Shown here: positions 1 through 15,800 of the stretch, piece after piece
How the letters are laid out: each line of letters starts with the position of its first letter
How positions within the stretch are numbered: position 1 is the stretch's first letter
Source: Haliotis rubra
Taxonomy: Eukaryota
NCBI RefSeq assembly: GCF_003918875.1
Contig: NW_025765669.1
Coordinates: 310,001-374,000 of the forward strand
Direction: 5' to 3'
Length of the DNA stretch: 64,000 bases
Made by a program: the position numbers and the translations under genes
The notes under the pieces: generated by a model
Database searches by the model: none
What the model saw: only the letters and a program-made list of their open reading frames with translations
What the model was told of the DNA's origin: nothing

Positions 1-758
1 GATAGTCGAATGTTATACGGTTTATGATCGTCTTAGTGCTAAGGTCGTTCGTGGAACGGGACCCACACATGCAGTACCTTCATTAAAGTTAAAATAGAGG
101 AAAAGTGAAATAGTTAAATTGATACCTCGAATTGTCTGTACAGTACACCTCGAACTAGTTAGTGTGCATTTTTAATAGGAACAACGATGTAAATTCCAAT
201 ACCCGTGTAAGTGGCACAGAAACCTTATGGGATTTTAAGTAGTTTTCGTCAATTTCGTGAAACAGAGTTCAAGGAAATGTTTGGAATAATGCCCGTCACA
301 ACATTTATAATAAGGGAAAAGACCATAGTGTTAAGGAAACTTGAGTATATATGGAACCATTTCTAAAGATCGTTAAAATATAACTTTGATAGTTTGTAAT
401 TAAATAAGAGGAAAATAAACGACCAGTCTTCCGATGCATTAGCAACTTTTAAAATCGACAACCGTGAAATTGTTAGCAAAATCCGTTGGTCTTCGACATA
501 TAATCTTGCTAGTACTTCGGAATTCTGAGATTTCTCCGCTAGAGGACACTCTGCTAAGCGGTGATTTCCAAAACAAGCTCTCCACAGCGACTACTCATTC
601 AGTCAACTCCAAACATATAATACAGAATCGGGTAGCACGCGCTGGTGACGAGCTCTATGATATAAGGCAATCACTTCCGCATTTAGTAACTCGGCCTCCA
701 CGAAATGTGATTTCCACTTTCAAGAACGTTGTCAGTAATAATCATTCATTCCACCATT

Positions 759-810
759 ATGAAGTGTATACACTTGGTCGTGATGTATGTGTGTATGAAA
801 TTAGTGCAAG
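759..810 (+). CDS. ADAM17: ADAM17-like exon 1 (signal peptide [17 protein letters not shown])
   Basis: ATG at 759, hydrophobic leader, donor AAG|gtaaga, phase 1 fits exon 2. Confidence 0.75.
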
Positions 811-3800
811 GTAAGATAAGAAACGCTCCGTTGCATGTGATATTTCGGGTGAACACAAGATATTCTGTTTAATGTAAGATTCTCGGATATTCTTAGAGAT
901 GTCATTTAGTGGATGTCTAAAAATAACCATGACAATCACAAAAGTGTAACAAAGTTGATTTTCTTTCTAAAAGTCAAAGCAATGAAATTCATTTAGAACG
1001 CAGTTAGACAGTAATGCCATTGCCACGTCCATTCATCTAGCCGTCACTGCACAATGGCTACTAAACTGCAAAATATATTATGGGTCGTGTTATTCTTTTC
1101 CACTGACACGGGTAAGCTGCGGCCTCATAAACTATCTTTATTATGACAGCGTTTAGAAATATATTATTACCTGTCTAACTCATACCAACGTAAACATTTA
1201 ATCTTATGTATGAGATCAGGTTAGGAAATATCAGGTGTTGCAGTTATCTGGGAATCCTGCACTGTGACACCCCTGTATACACCAGGTCTAACTATGCTAA
1301 GTATAGCATGATCAATAACAGTTCATCCTTTGGCTGTGGGTGTTGAAAGTAACTCAATAACATTGCTGTATTGACATTACAAATGATTTTAAGATGTGTT
1401 ATTCACCTTTAATGCAGTTCATGCATTATTTGCATTATGTCAGATTTATTTTCTGAAACGAATTTATAGATATTGATTAATTGATTAAGTTGTTAGATTG
1501 TGAAGAATGTGTAGTAACTATCCATTCAGCAAATTTCATTCATATTCATACTCTGTTAGGCCTCAAAGTGTGGTTTTGGTGATGAATATGCATGAATTTT
1601 GTTAAAACGTCCTGTTGTGCAGGCCATATGTATGATGGTGTTATTAACAGAACATATTTTATTTACAGGTAATATAAACAGTAAATTACATTATTTTGAA
1701 ACCCTGAAATCAGTGGAGGTGCGGAGCCGTGTTAAGAGAAGCACTGATGGACACAGTACAGCTTATAAGGAAGTCTGGTTCAGTGCCTTAGGAAGGTATG
1801 ACTTTTATAAGCCTTTGTATTGTAAACAGGTTCCTATTTTTAATTCTGGTGTCCCCCTGCGATATTGCTGGAATATTGCTAAAAACTCACTCACTGATAT
1901 TTTTAAAGCTTTTAGTATCTGCTTTCAGATTATGATTCATGTTAGGTATTTGATATATATTTGGCATACTTCATTATTTTTACTCCAATGGATCTTTAAA
2001 CTGCAGTGAGTAAACCATTATAAAATTTAATTCTTACTGAAATTCTGGATCACTCTCATCTGGTTTCTAATTTTAGTCTGTCCATATGATGCCCTGAGTG
2101 TGTTAAGTATCTCATGAGCTCATGACAGTGAGCTGAGTGCAGCATAAAAATAAACTCACTCACTCACTCCAGGCGGACAGACGACACAGTCCACACCTAA
2201 AAATGATAATCCAGGACAAAATACATCCTCTGCAGCCCAGGCAACTGACAGGCTAGATTTGTCAGGTTCATAGACATGGTTTATGCACATCATCATAATC
2301 AGCTTGTGTAGATCAGTGCTCATGATGTCAATCACTAGATTGTCCAGGCTCACTTATTTACAGACCTCTGTTACATGGCTGGAATACTGCCCTGCGCTGC
2401 ATAAAACACACACACTTTGGTTAACATGGGAATATATATTGCAGCCAATGTGTAAACTGACAAATGTATGATTGGGTGATTAGGTCAACTTCTAGTACTA
2501 GCATAATTAGTCTCTTAAAATCACATTGCTGTTTCTAAGCCCTTTTGAACTTTGTAAACGAAATATTTGGGCATTTTGTTCCTTGCCTAAATGAATTTTA
2601 GTTTACAAAATTGCCTGAAATTTTCATTTGTTTCACACATGACTTTAACATGTATTCATTGTTAAATATTTTCATTACCTTGTGTGTTTTGACCGCCTCC
2701 GTGGTGTAGTGGTTAGAGCGTCCGCCCGGAGAGCGGAAGGTCGCGGGTTCGATCCCCGACCGTGTCATACCAAAAGACATTAAAATATGGTGCTTGTTGG
2801 TCCCTGCCTGGCGCTCGGCATTAATGAGTACAACAAGGACAGGTTGGCTCGGAGTCAGTATAATGAGTCTGAGTGGGGTATTCATGCTTCACTGCGGCAT
2901 GGTATCTCAGTGGGCTAGCACTATAAAACCAGCTTCAGTCTGGGCTAGTACAAGCAGCCGCACATATACATACACACGCATGCACGTCGTCATATGAGCG
3001 AAATATTCTCAAGCACGACGTTAAACACAATTTCACCTCACCTCACCTCACCTGCCTTGTGTGTTTCAGAAATTTCAATATGGTAATAAAACCTGATGTC
3101 AGCGTGTTGTCCAACTCTTTCCAATCTTACACAGTCAATGAAGATGGGCAGACGGAGCCATTTCATGTCAACAGGAATAATTTCTATACTGGACATTTAA
3201 CAGGTTTGTTTGTTTGAAAGTTTTCAATTTAGTGTTTCAGTTCAGCATGGTTTTTGGCTTCCACCCTCACTTGCACATTAATTCAGAGTTATCTCCCTTA
3301 GCTTCATGCTTGCTCAGTTCCAATTTTAAACAAACATACAGTAATAATACCCAACAATGCTTAATATGTCATGTCATCTCTGATATTGTTCCCATTGGAA
3401 TCATCAACCACCTTAAATATAAAATATGTTTTATCTTTATCTTAAATATTGTTTATCATTTTCAGATGGAGATGGCCATGTTGATGCTCATTTAGAAGAT
3501 TCAGAGTGGAATATTCAAGTAGCAATGAAAGATGACATATATTCTGTTGAGGTAATGAATTTCCCTGAAGTTGTATGTTTCTCATATACAACAACCAATT
3601 CTCGGTCACTGTCAGAGAGCTCGCCAGAATAAGGACATTTTGCACTTATGTTGAAGACATGTAAATGCTTATGATATCAATCATTGGTTTGCCTGGGGTT
3701 AGTTACAGGGATGGAAATTACCGCACAAAGCAAGCCCACTAGGAGTGACTATTGAGGGGGAAACAACTATTGCGATAGCGATAGTCTATTGCAACATACT

Positions 3801-6800
3801 ATTGCGATACCGATAGTCTATTGCGACCCTGCCGAAGGCCCGGGTACAATGGGTACAATGTGTGAAGCCCATTTCTGGTGTCCCCCACCGTGATATTGCT
3901 GGAATATTGCTAAAACGGCGCAGAACCATACTCAGTCACTCACTCACTCTTCCTTATGTGTATCAGGGCGGTGGGTAGCCTAGTGGCTCAAATTCCGAAG
4001 ACCGGGTTCGATTCCCCACATGGGTACAATGTGTTAAGCCCATTTCTGGTGTCCCCCACCGTGATATTGCTGGAATATTGCTAAAAGCGGCGCAGAACCA
4101 TACTCACTCACTATTGCGACCCACTATTGCAATACTATTGCGACCCACTATTGCAATACTATTGCAATAGGTTTTTTTCTCCTTCAAATTGTCTCATTTG
4201 AATTCATTTCCCAAATGAATGTATAGTTTATATGAAATACAAACAAGTTGAAGTAGTTTCAGTCTCTTTTAATGAGTGACAAGAAGCTTGAGACCCAAAT
4301 CAAGTAAACAGTTAAAACACAAACTCAATGAAGCTGCAAGTCTGCACCCAAACATCCTGCATTTCACGCTGTGCATTTATCAACGGAAGTCAATTACTAA
4401 ACTATCGATAGTCACACATAGTATCAATGCATTGATAGTTTTTCATTTCTACCATCGATTAATTGCTATCGGAGACTCTATAATTGCAATGCATGGATAG
4501 TTCGATGCATCGTTACAGCCCTAAAGCCCACCACTATTCTGGTCACTGGTGTAAACTGTTTATTAGCCAGTAACATATGACAGACACCAGTAAGTTATAT
4601 AACGCACCAGTGTTAGCTCCCAGCTAACTGAACTCCAAGATAAAAATGGCTATGGAAACATTGGCCCACAGTGCTACAGGGATTTGTTTCTGTAGCCCTA
4701 AAAATGATCGCTGATCCTTTTTAAAATACCAAGAAGTCAAATTTCAAGTTTTTAAATTTAGGGACCATGTGTTTTGGCAAACATGAGATCTAGTCTTCTC
4801 GTGTTCACTCTACTGTGGATGGATTTCAACCTTGCTTTTCTTATCAGGAAGTGTGCAGCCTCATGTTGACATAGTACGAACACACTAGAGTAAACAGCAG
4901 GTTAGCCCATGTAGACATACTCATTACAATTCAGGGAATCTACTCATTGTTGTTGTTTATGCTTGGGTAAACTTCAAGAATGATGAAATACACAATGCCA
5001 TTTTAGAAAGTGGTCAAATGTAACATATGTTATATTTGGGATTACACTTTCTCAGTAAAGTACAAATTCTAGTACGTTTGGGTTGAGTCCCATCTGGGAT
5101 TCGAACCCATACCCTCAGAGTCAGGCACCTAATCGCCAGCACACAAAGTCAGACGCCTAGACCGCTCAGCCACCGCGGCTTCCACAAAAATGGAAGTCGG
5201 ACAACTGGTAGTCTAGACTGGTAGCATTAACTTCAAGAATGATGTTAATGCAACAATGGTTCAAGGAGTTAAGTCCGTGTGAGTTCAGTTAATCCTGGCC
5301 GACAATTACAGTATGGCCTTGACCGGTAATATACCTTGATGCTTATATTATATTTGAACTTGTTAAGCATCCAAAGTAGGTGGTTAGGCATTTTGTGAAG
5401 TCCATTCTCCGATTTTATAGAGATTATATGAGGGCTTCACATATGTTTACACAGTTCACAAATTAGGTGACATTGTATAATGTGGGTCAGTAGCAGTTGG
5501 TTGGGAGACCTTGTTCGGCCAGTTCATTTCAAAGGCTTTCGCTAATATCGGTCCTGTGTCACACTGAAGCATGTGTTGCATGTCACATCAGGCAAGAGAC
5601 TTTGTTCCAAATATGTGTGTGTTCACCCATGAGTTGATGGTCATGTGACTGTTAACCTTACAGCACCTGTCAGGCAGCCTGGGTTGTATACTTCCCAGGG
5701 AGCTGGGAATGAAAATGTTGACTGATCCACTGACCAGGGTAATAATCATTCATGCTCTTTGATGCATCATATGCATCAGGGAAAAGCGCCAAAAAATTGT
5801 GTTTTACGTTTAGGCCAGAATTTTATTTCTTGTTTTACGGATTTTTGTACTCAGAAAACCTAAAGGCAGGAGGGGAACAAAAATAAAATAAAAATCACCA
5901 GTCAAAGTAATATTCCTTTAATTACTATAAGTGTTTTACTTTCGGCAATTTATATATGGCAAGTGTGTGTATATGGGGAAAATAACAATCAAAAAGATTT
6001 TTTGTAAGGTTACATTTTTGGCCAATAAAAACATTAGGATTTTATTTTTTGAACGGGGAAAATTAATTATTATTTTTTTCTTATTCTTGAAAAGATACGA
6101 CCGGCGGATCCATAAAACAAGAAATAAGATTGGTCTGGCCTTATTATAAAATAAAACAGAATCATTTTCCCTGATTAATTAATGATGTTTCAGCCTTCAT
6201 GGAGACACCTGCCTCCCTCCGACAACCACACCCTTATTGCATACCGCCACTCCGACATCAAGTGGGACCACACCTACCCTCATCTAGCCAACCACAGCAA
6301 CAAGAGGTGGGTGTAGGACGATGTACGGAGCTAAGACATAGCTAGGAGGAATTATAGAAATCTGTCTTAAGAGAATTAGCCCATAAACATACCCAGTTTC
6401 CTATTAAGAGGCCTGAATTGTAAATTTGACAGCTGTAACTTTCATTCAAAACTGAATGTCTCAACATGGTGTGAGGAATTATATATAGACTACCAGTATA
6501 TGTCCATCATGTGAATAAGATATTCAAACTTTGGATTCATGGCACAGTAGGTTTATCCAGGAATATTTAGCAAGGAAAACACTCTGTAACTATGGCAACA
6601 TATTTCTATTTCCAGACAAAGTATGTGTGAGAGTATTCATCCTGATATAGGAGATGGAGAAATTGATGAGGGAGGTGATGAGAACCAGACAGATTCAGCA
6701 GGTGTGTGTTAAATTTGAAATACAATAAAACATTGAAATTTGAATTCCATATACCTGACACAGTGATAGAGACGAATAAACATTTTGTCATCTGCAGAAA

Positions 6801-9800
6801 CCCATCAATGTGTATCAAATGGTGCTAGAAGTACTGCAAATCTAGAAGCTAGAGTAAATGCAACCCTTTCAAACTAATTTCTCATGTACATCCTTACTGG
6901 GGCCCCAAAGTATTTGTCCTATAGATATATGGCTGTATTATATGTTGTGTTTCTCTCTCAAATGCTGGTTTAATAAACCAGTTAAACTCGGCAAAGGCAC
7001 CTTTGTCAGTTACTTTACGTTTAGTTGAACCTGGGAGATAAACATGCTGTGTTCCTAATGTACTGTTGCTGGTAACCATGGTAACATTGTACAATTAAGA
7101 CTGAAATTCAAACTAATTGCTAAGAGGTTGTTTATATAATTGGAAACTTTTGATTAACCAATCAGAAGTGAGTATTTCTTAAAGTAATGATTCAGTAACA
7201 AAGGATTCTGCCTGTTATCATGATATTTTGGTTTATCAAGCTCTTTTCATTTGTCTTCCAGATCATGGACGTCAGAAGAGGCAGGCATGGCTGCTGAATA
7301 AAAACACATGCAACATAATGGTGGTCGCTGACTACTTGTTTTATGAAGGTGTTGGTGGAGGTTTCAAACATCGAACTGCAAACTATATGGTAAGAAAGGA
7401 GTGAGGTATCAAATGGTGTAATACTTTTCTCAGTGTCTCATTGATGTTGGATGGTAGCAGACAGGATAACTGATGATCAGACGCGAAATTGTTAACTGTA
7501 ACACCCTGGGTGAGTGTGTTTACAAACCAGTAGAAATGGCCTCTCAAAGTACAATAGTGTTTGATGTTGCCTGATATTGTGTTAATTAGAGAAAAATGAA
7601 TAAGCTTTGAAACAGTAGACATTATCTTCCCTACATGAGAGATTGGTGTTAATCCTGAGCCTTTGGTTAGGAATATAGCATTCATTCTTGATGCACAGAT
7701 AATCAGTTGTTCCAGGTTGCAAAGTTGTTCTCTTTGCTACTCAGTGACACTTTAGGAGAGAAAATAAAGTAGAAATGTATGAAATATTGATCCTGCAGAG
7801 AAACCTCACTGAAGGCAGCATATTGTAATGGGGACTTAATGTCATAATGTAAACAATTTGTCATATGGACAATTGTTGACGCCATATCATGGGTTTATAT
7901 CTATACGCTGATCTTACTAGACCAGAATAAATATGGACTGTTATAAGCTGATCTTACTAGACCAGAAGATTAAATATGGACTGTTATAAGCTGATCTTAC
8001 TAGACCAGAAGAAATATGGACTGTTATAAGCTGATCTTACTAGACCAGAAGATATATGGACTGTTATAAGCTGATCTCTACTAGACCAGAAGAAGATATA
8101 TGGACTGTTATAAGCTGATCGCCAGAAGATGATCTTACTAGACCAGAAGAAATATGGACTGTTATAAGCTGATCTTACCAGAACAGAAGATATATGGACT
8201 GCTATAAGCTGATCAGACCAGAAGATATATGGACTGCTATGGACTGTTAGCTGATCTTGATCTTAGAACAGAAGAATATGATGTTATATGGACTGACCAG
8301 AAGATATTATGAGCTGATCTTACCAGACCAGGACTGTTATAAGATCTTACTAGACCAGAAGAAATATGGACTGTTATAAGCTGATCTTACTAGACCAGAA
8401 GAAATATGGACTGTTATAAGCTGATCTTACTAGACCAGAAGAAATATGGACTGTTATAAGCTGATCTTACTAGACCAGAAGAAATATGGACTGTTATAAG
8501 CTGATCTTACCAGACCAGAAGATATATGGACTGTTATCTGCTATAAGCTGATCTTACTAGACCAGAAGATATATGGACTGTTATAAGCTGATCTTGGACT
8601 GCTATAGACCAGAAGAAGATATATGGACTGCTATAAGCTGATCTTACTAGACCAGAAGAAATATGGACTGCTATAAGCTGATCTTACTAGAGACCAGAAG
8701 ATATATGGACTGCTCTTATATATGGACTGTTATAAGCTGATCTTACTAGACCAGAAGAAATATGGACTGTTATGAGCTGATCTTACTAGACCAGAAGATA
8801 TATGGACTGTTATAAGCTGATCTTACTACCAGACCAGAAGAAATATGGACTGCTATAAGCTGATCTTACCAGACCAGAAGAAAAATGGATATAAGGACTG
8901 TTAGACCAGAAGATAAGCTGATCTTACTTACTAGACCAGAAGAAATATGGACTGTTATAAGCTGATCTTACTAGACCAGAAGATATATGGACTGTTATAA
9001 GCTGATCTTACTAGACCAGAAGAAATATGGACTGTTATAAGCTGATCTTACTAGACCAGAAGATATATGGACTGTTATAAGCTGATCTTACTAGACCAGA
9101 AGAAATATGGACTGCTGATCTTACTAGACCAGAAGAAATATGACTGCTATAAGCTGATCTGTTATAAGCTACTAGACCAGAAGAAATATGGACTTATATG
9201 GACTGTTATAAGCTGATCTTACTAGACCAGAAGAAATATGGACTGCTATAAGCTGATCTTACTAGACCAGAAGAAAAATGGACTGCTATAAGCTGATCTT
9301 ACTAGACCAGAAGATATATGGACTGCTATAAGCTGATCTTACTAGACCAGAAGAAATATGGACTGTTATAAGCTGATCTTACTAGACCAGAAGAAATATG
9401 GACTGTTATAAGCTGATCTTACCAGACCAGAAGATATATGGACTGTTATGAGCTGATCTTACTAGACCAGAAGAAATATGGACTGTTATAAGCTGATCTT
9501 ACTAGACCAGAAGAAATATGGACTGTTATAAGCTGATCTTACCAGACCAGAAGATATATGGATCTTACTAGACCAGAAGAAATATAAGCCAGAAGATGAT
9601 CTTACTGATCTTACAGACCAGAATAAGCTGATCTTATATATGGACTGCTGATGAGCTGATCTTACTAGACCAGAAGAAATATGGACTGCTATAAGCTGAT
9701 CTTACTAGACCAGAAGATATATGGACTGTTATGAGCTGATCTTACTAGACCAGAAGATATATGGACTGTTATAAGCTGATCTTACCAGAACAGAAGATAT

Positions 9801-12800
9801 ATGGACTGTTATAAGCTGATCTTACTAGACCAGAAGAAATATGGACTGTTATAAGCTGATCTTACCAGACCAGAAGATATATGGACTGTTATACGCTGAT
9901 CTTACTAGACCAGAAGAAATATGGACTGTTATAAGCTGATCTTACTAGACCAGAAGATATATGGACTGTTATACGCTGATCTTACTAGACCAGAAGAAAT
10001 ATGGACTGTTATAAGCTGATCTTACTAGACCAGAAGATATATGGACTGTTATAAGCTGATCTTACTAGACCAGAAGAAATATGGACTGTTATAAGCTGAT
10101 CTTACCAGACCAGAAGATATATGGACTGTTATAAGCTGATCTTACTAGACCAGAAGAAATATGGACTGTTATAAGCTGATCTTACTAGACCAGAAGAATA
10201 TATGGACTGCTATAAGCTGATCTTACTAGACCAGAAGAAATATGGACTGTTATAAGCTGATCTTACTAGACCAGAAGATATATGGACTGCTATAAGCTGA
10301 TCTTACTAGACCAGAAGAAATATGGACTGTTATAAGCTGATCTTACTAGACCAGAAGAAATATGGACTGTTATAAGCTGATCTTACTAGACCAGAACAAG
10401 AAGACTGCTATATGGACTGGACTGCTATAAGCTGATCTTACCAGACCAGAAGAAATATGGATGGACTGTTATAAGCTGATCTTACCAGAACAGAAGATAT
10501 ATGGACTGTTATAAGCTGATCTGATCTTACTAGACCAGAAGAAATATGGACTGTTATAATAAGCTGATCTTACTAGACCAGAAGAAATACTGTTATAAGC
10601 TGATCTTACCAGACCAGAAGATATATGGACTGTTATAAGCTGATCTTACAGAAGATATATGGACTGTTATAAGCTGACCAGAAGAAATATGGACTGTTAT
10701 ACGCTGATCTTACTAGACCAGAAGATATATGGACTATTCTTACCAGTAATGGACTGCTGATCTTACTAGACCAGAAGATATATGGACTATTGTAAGCTGA
10801 TCTTACTAGACCAGAAGAAAATGGACTGCTATGAGCTGATCCTACAAGACCAGAAGAAACTGGGCTGCTATGAGCTGATCCTACAAAACAGGAAGAAACT
10901 GGACTGCTATAAGCTGATCTTAATAAACCAGGAGATATTTTCCTAGACAGAAGCTTCAGACAAGGTGTAGCTTCACCAACAAAAGTGTGGCTATCACTCA
11001 CTACAGGTCATCACTCACTACAGGTTTGTGTGTAAAAGTGTGGCTATCACTCACTACAGGTTTGTGTGTAAAAGTGTGGCTATCACTCACTACAGGTTTG
11101 TGTGTAAAAGTGTGGCTATCACTCACTACAGGTTTGTGTGTAAAAGTGTGGCTGTCACTCACTACAGGTTTGTGTTTTCAGATTGGGCTAATTCAAAGGA
11201 TAGACAACATTTACCGTGAGACGCTGTGGAATAAAGAAAGGGGACAGACAGGATTTGGATTTCAGATCAAAGAGGTCAGATTTTGTTTGACCTTGAGTCA
11301 CAGCATGTTATCCTGCTAGACTTTAATCACTGTGGTATAGGCCTGAGGTGGAGATGTCAGACTGTAGATGTGTGTTCAATTCCAACACACGTACAGCAAC
11401 TTTTGCAACCATATTTGGATTTGTCCATCAAAGAGTGTTGCCACACATTCTGATACAGATGAAATAAGCTGGAATGCTGACTAGATATGAAAACCTACAT
11501 AATATTAGCATAGGAATGGCAGGATCAGATCCAGGATTTGGGAGAAGGGGGGGATGCACATAAAGCAAAGGTTAGGGAGAATTGTTGGAGGGAGGGGGTG
11601 CACACCCCCACTCTGGATCCGCCCATGAATGGTTAGCTGAGGAACCCATGGGTTTACCTCAACTCTCAACTTTCTCTGAGGCCATTGTTTAGCCACAAGC
11701 TTGCATGACATGACCATAACAATTCACAATTGGTATCAAATATTTCACAATCCCTCAGCATTTACAGAACTCAAAACATTTTACAAATATTTTTTCACAA
11801 TTTTTACAGTGTTTAAATACCCTAATTCCTTGAGAACCATATCCTATTTTCCTAACCACAAGCAAGTGAAACTGGTCAGGGTCAGGACAATGTCTTTATG
11901 ATTGATGAATCCACAACTTGGTACATACACCTGAAAATAGTTAAGCGCCATTAACTATACATTTCAATATTAAATAGCCTTTTGAAAACAATTATTTTCT
12001 GATAAACACATTTACCTTTGTTTTCAAAGATGCATTCTGGTATTCATAAAACCAAACTGACTGGCAGCATGCTGTAGCAGTTTATAAATAACTCTTTGGC
12101 TGGCATATATGGACAAATTGAGATATTGTTCAAAATCATTAAACATGAATAGGAAATATTGATTTTAAACTTAATTATTTTGGTCATTTGATCCCGACTT
12201 TGGGCCAGGTGTCGACCTAAGAGCAGGCCCAGATAAATCCCTGGAAACTTATGAAATATAGGTCCATTCTCATGATATTTACGAATGGATGTGTGGCATA
12301 GTGAATGTTCCATACATTATATCTTGATGTGTGCTTATAGTATCATAGCAGTACATGTTATCTCTGGGTAGTGGCTAATTTTAACATCTAGTCTCTGAAA
12401 TAAACATATTTTACACATAAAATATTTAAAAAAGGATCCCGAGGGTTTCTTTATTTTCAGAAACTGTGAAACATACCACATATTCTAGACATGCATGGGC
12501 TGCATTGGGTATATTTGTTTCAGGGTCTGTGTGACAGAGTAGGTTGTGGCTAGCAATACTTCCAATTGTAGAGTCAGACTTTAAGTTTGACTTCTAAGCG
12601 GATCGTTGTTCGTTGTTCACAGATGCGTATCCACAACAGACCTACATCTGTTGCTAAGGGCGAGCAGCATTACAACATGAAGAACGCCAACCCATGGGAC
12701 ACGCGCGAACTGCTGAATGTAAGGCTGTCATCTTTGTAGTAATCACATATATATATATCCATTTTAACATGTTCTTGTTCTTCGACTTTATGAAGTGCGA

Positions 12801-15800
12801 ACAATTTTGAATCAGGATCTAAGATTAACAATGAAAGTTCTTAGCAGTTTTGTAGGGGCCAATATCTTGGTTTCCAAATGATTACCGTTTTGACTAAATT
12901 AGAATTAATAAAAACTTTTCAGAAAAATATAATAGCACAAGATTTTGTTTCAAAGAGTGGATGATGAAAAACGTTTCTGCTTTATGTGAATCATTTCAGT
13001 GACAGTTGCCTAAAGCATTTTATTTCTATAAAAAAAATGTTAAAAAATGTTGCTCCTGCCTTTTTTGAAAAATTGCCATGAAGACCTACCGGTAACAATA
13101 TGTTCTCACCACAAATGTCAGAGTGATGTTCCATGTAGTAATTTAGTTATTGTTCCATTATTCGTTTAGGAGTTCAGCAGCCATGTCTTCTTTGGCCGAT
13201 TCTGCCTAGCTCATCTGTTCACGTACCAGACTTTCAGTGGCGGCGTCCTGGGCCTGGCGTACATAGCGTCACCGCGACTTCGGCACTGTAGGGGGGATAT
13301 GTTCCCAACGTAAGTGATGTCTCATATTGGCCTCGTATCTCCAGCACTTGGCGCCATTTCAGGAAAATGATTGCCATAAAAATGTCTCATGTTGTATGCT
13401 ATGTTTTCTGGCCCATGGGGTAACCTAGTGGTTAGAGCGTTCACTTGCTACGCTGCAGACCCAGGTTCGATTCCCCACATGGTCATGTGTGAAGCCCATT
13501 TTTGTTGTCCCCTGCCATGATCTTGTTGGGATATTGATAAAAGCAGGGTAACACCATACTCACTTACTCACTATAAGCTTGGGGGAACTATGAAGATTGT
13601 GCCAACCGAAAAATACTAGAGAGTCTGTAGAAACTGGTTCTTGTTCAGGGGACGGTGAGGTAGCCTAATGGTTAAAGCGTTGGCTCATCAAGCCGAAGAC
13701 CCAGGTTTTCGAATCCCCACATCGGCACAATGTGTGAAGCCCATTTCTGGTGTCCCCTGCCGTGATGTTGCTGGAATATTGCTAAAAGCGGCGTAAAACT
13801 AAACTCAGTCAGTCAGTCTTGTTCAGTCTGTTAATGTTTCACATGTTTTGACATCAATATAACTTGTCATTAGGGTTGAATGGTATTACCGGTATATTAC
13901 AATACGCTTTAGAAACAGTAGGTATTGCAATACTTTTTTGGAGAACTTGAATACTAGGTAACAAAAATTACATGAAGTTTTATTATTATCTCAGTGGTTA
14001 AAGTTCAAATCTACACAGGCTTTTGTTCATACACAACTGATGTTTCCTTTTGTAATCAATTGACAAAACTGCTTACTTTACATATTATGACTTGTATAAA
14101 ACAGAGAATAGACTCCCTGACAAACCAACCTAATTTTGAGATTGCCCGTTATTCTGAAACATGTAGAAACCTGGATCTGTTTACAATCAGTGTCACTGTC
14201 AAATACTCTCATGACCTTGTATCATGGTACACTTCTGTATCTCATTACACCAGTGTAAGAAATAGTTTCCAAATTTTGCAAGCCAGTCGGGCTATCTATG
14301 CCTGAAAGTTACTAGGCCACAAAATAATTCACTAGCCGAAATTTGAATGTAGAAACTAAGCAAAATATTACAGAAAGGTAAAATACCATCATTTATCAGG
14401 CCATAATCTTGCATAATTTAAAAGTGTATTATAACTTAACAAGTGGGAGAGAATGATGTATTTAAAAATTGAACCCGTGAAAATTCATTAGACAGTCGGG
14501 CCAGTGACTGTAGAGATTTACTGGCCTGACTAGATTTTTACTAGCCACGGGCTAGCAGGCCAGTGGCTATTTTGCACACTGCATTACACCACTGACATAT
14601 ATGGATTTACATTCAGCTTATACAAGGCGGGGCAAGAAGCGCTACCTCAACACAGGTTGGAGCAGCTCCCTAAACACAGCAGGCATCAGGCAACTCACCC
14701 AGGAGTCCATGCTGGTTACAGCTCATGGTAGGTACCTGTCTACAGCTCATGGTAGGTACCTGTGTACAGCTCATGATAGGTATCTGTCTACAGCTCAGAG
14801 TAGGTGCCTGTGTACAGCTCATAGTAGGTGCCTGTGTCCAGCTCATAGTAGGTACCTCTCTACAGCTCATAGTAGGTACCTCTCTACAGCTCATGGTAGG
14901 TGCCTGTGTACAGCTCATAGTAGGTGCCTGTGTACAGCTCATAGTAGGTACCTCTCTACAGCTCATAGTAGGTACCTGTGTACAGCTCATAGTAGGTGCC
15001 TGTGTACAGCTCATAGTAGGTGCCTGTGTACAGCTCATAGTAGGTGCCTGTCAGCTCACAGCCTCATAGTAGGTGCCTGTGTACAGCTCATAGTAGGTAC
15101 CTCTCTACAGCTCATAGTAGGTAGCTCATAGCTAGGTACCTGTCTACAGCTCATTGTAGTAGTGTACAGCTCATACCCTCTGTACAGCTCATAGTAGGTA
15201 CCTCTCTACAGCTCATAGTAGGTACCTCTCTACAGCTCATAGGTACCTGTGGTAGCCTGTGTAGGTACCTCTCTACAGCTCATAGTAGGTACCTCTCTAC
15301 AGCTCATAGTAGGGTACCTGTGTACAGCTCATGGTACAGCCTCTCTACAGCTCATAGTAGGTACCTGTGTACAGCTCATGGTAGGTACCTCTCTACAGCT
15401 CATAGTAGGTACCTGTGTACAGCTCATGGTAGGTACCTGTGTACAGCTCATGGTAGGTACCTCTCTACAGCTCATAGTAGGTACCTGTGTACAGCTCATG
15501 GTAGGTACCTCTCTACAGCTCATGGTAGGTACCTGTGTACAGCTCATGGTAGGTACCTGTGTACAGCTCATAGTAGGTACCTGTGTACAGCTCATGGTAG
15601 GTACCTCTCTACAGCTCATAGTAGGTACCTGTGTACAGCTCATGGTAGGTACCTCTCTACAGCTCATAGTAGGTACCTGTGTACAGCTCATGGTAGGTAC
15701 CTCTCTACAGCTCATGGTAGGTACCTGTGTACAGCTCATAGTAGGTACCTGTGTACAGCTCATTGTAGGTACGTCTCTACAGCTCATAGTAGGTGCCTGT

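Noticed and set aside
464-758. 116-aa ORF 464-814 as a gene
   Set aside because: GTG start with no recognisable features; it overlaps ADAM17 exon 1 in another frame.
2692-2765. tRNA genes at SINE heads and in the 25060-25160 segment
   Set aside because: Acceptor stems do not pair properly, and the sequences continue into repeat bodies (with TSDs in the SINE cases).
7465-7500. Hammerhead-like CTGATGA..GAAA
   Set aside because: No stem II closing pair and no convincing stems I or III.
7907-10925. CRISPR-like array
   Set aside because: Head-to-tail 40-bp units with no unique spacers; eukaryotic context.
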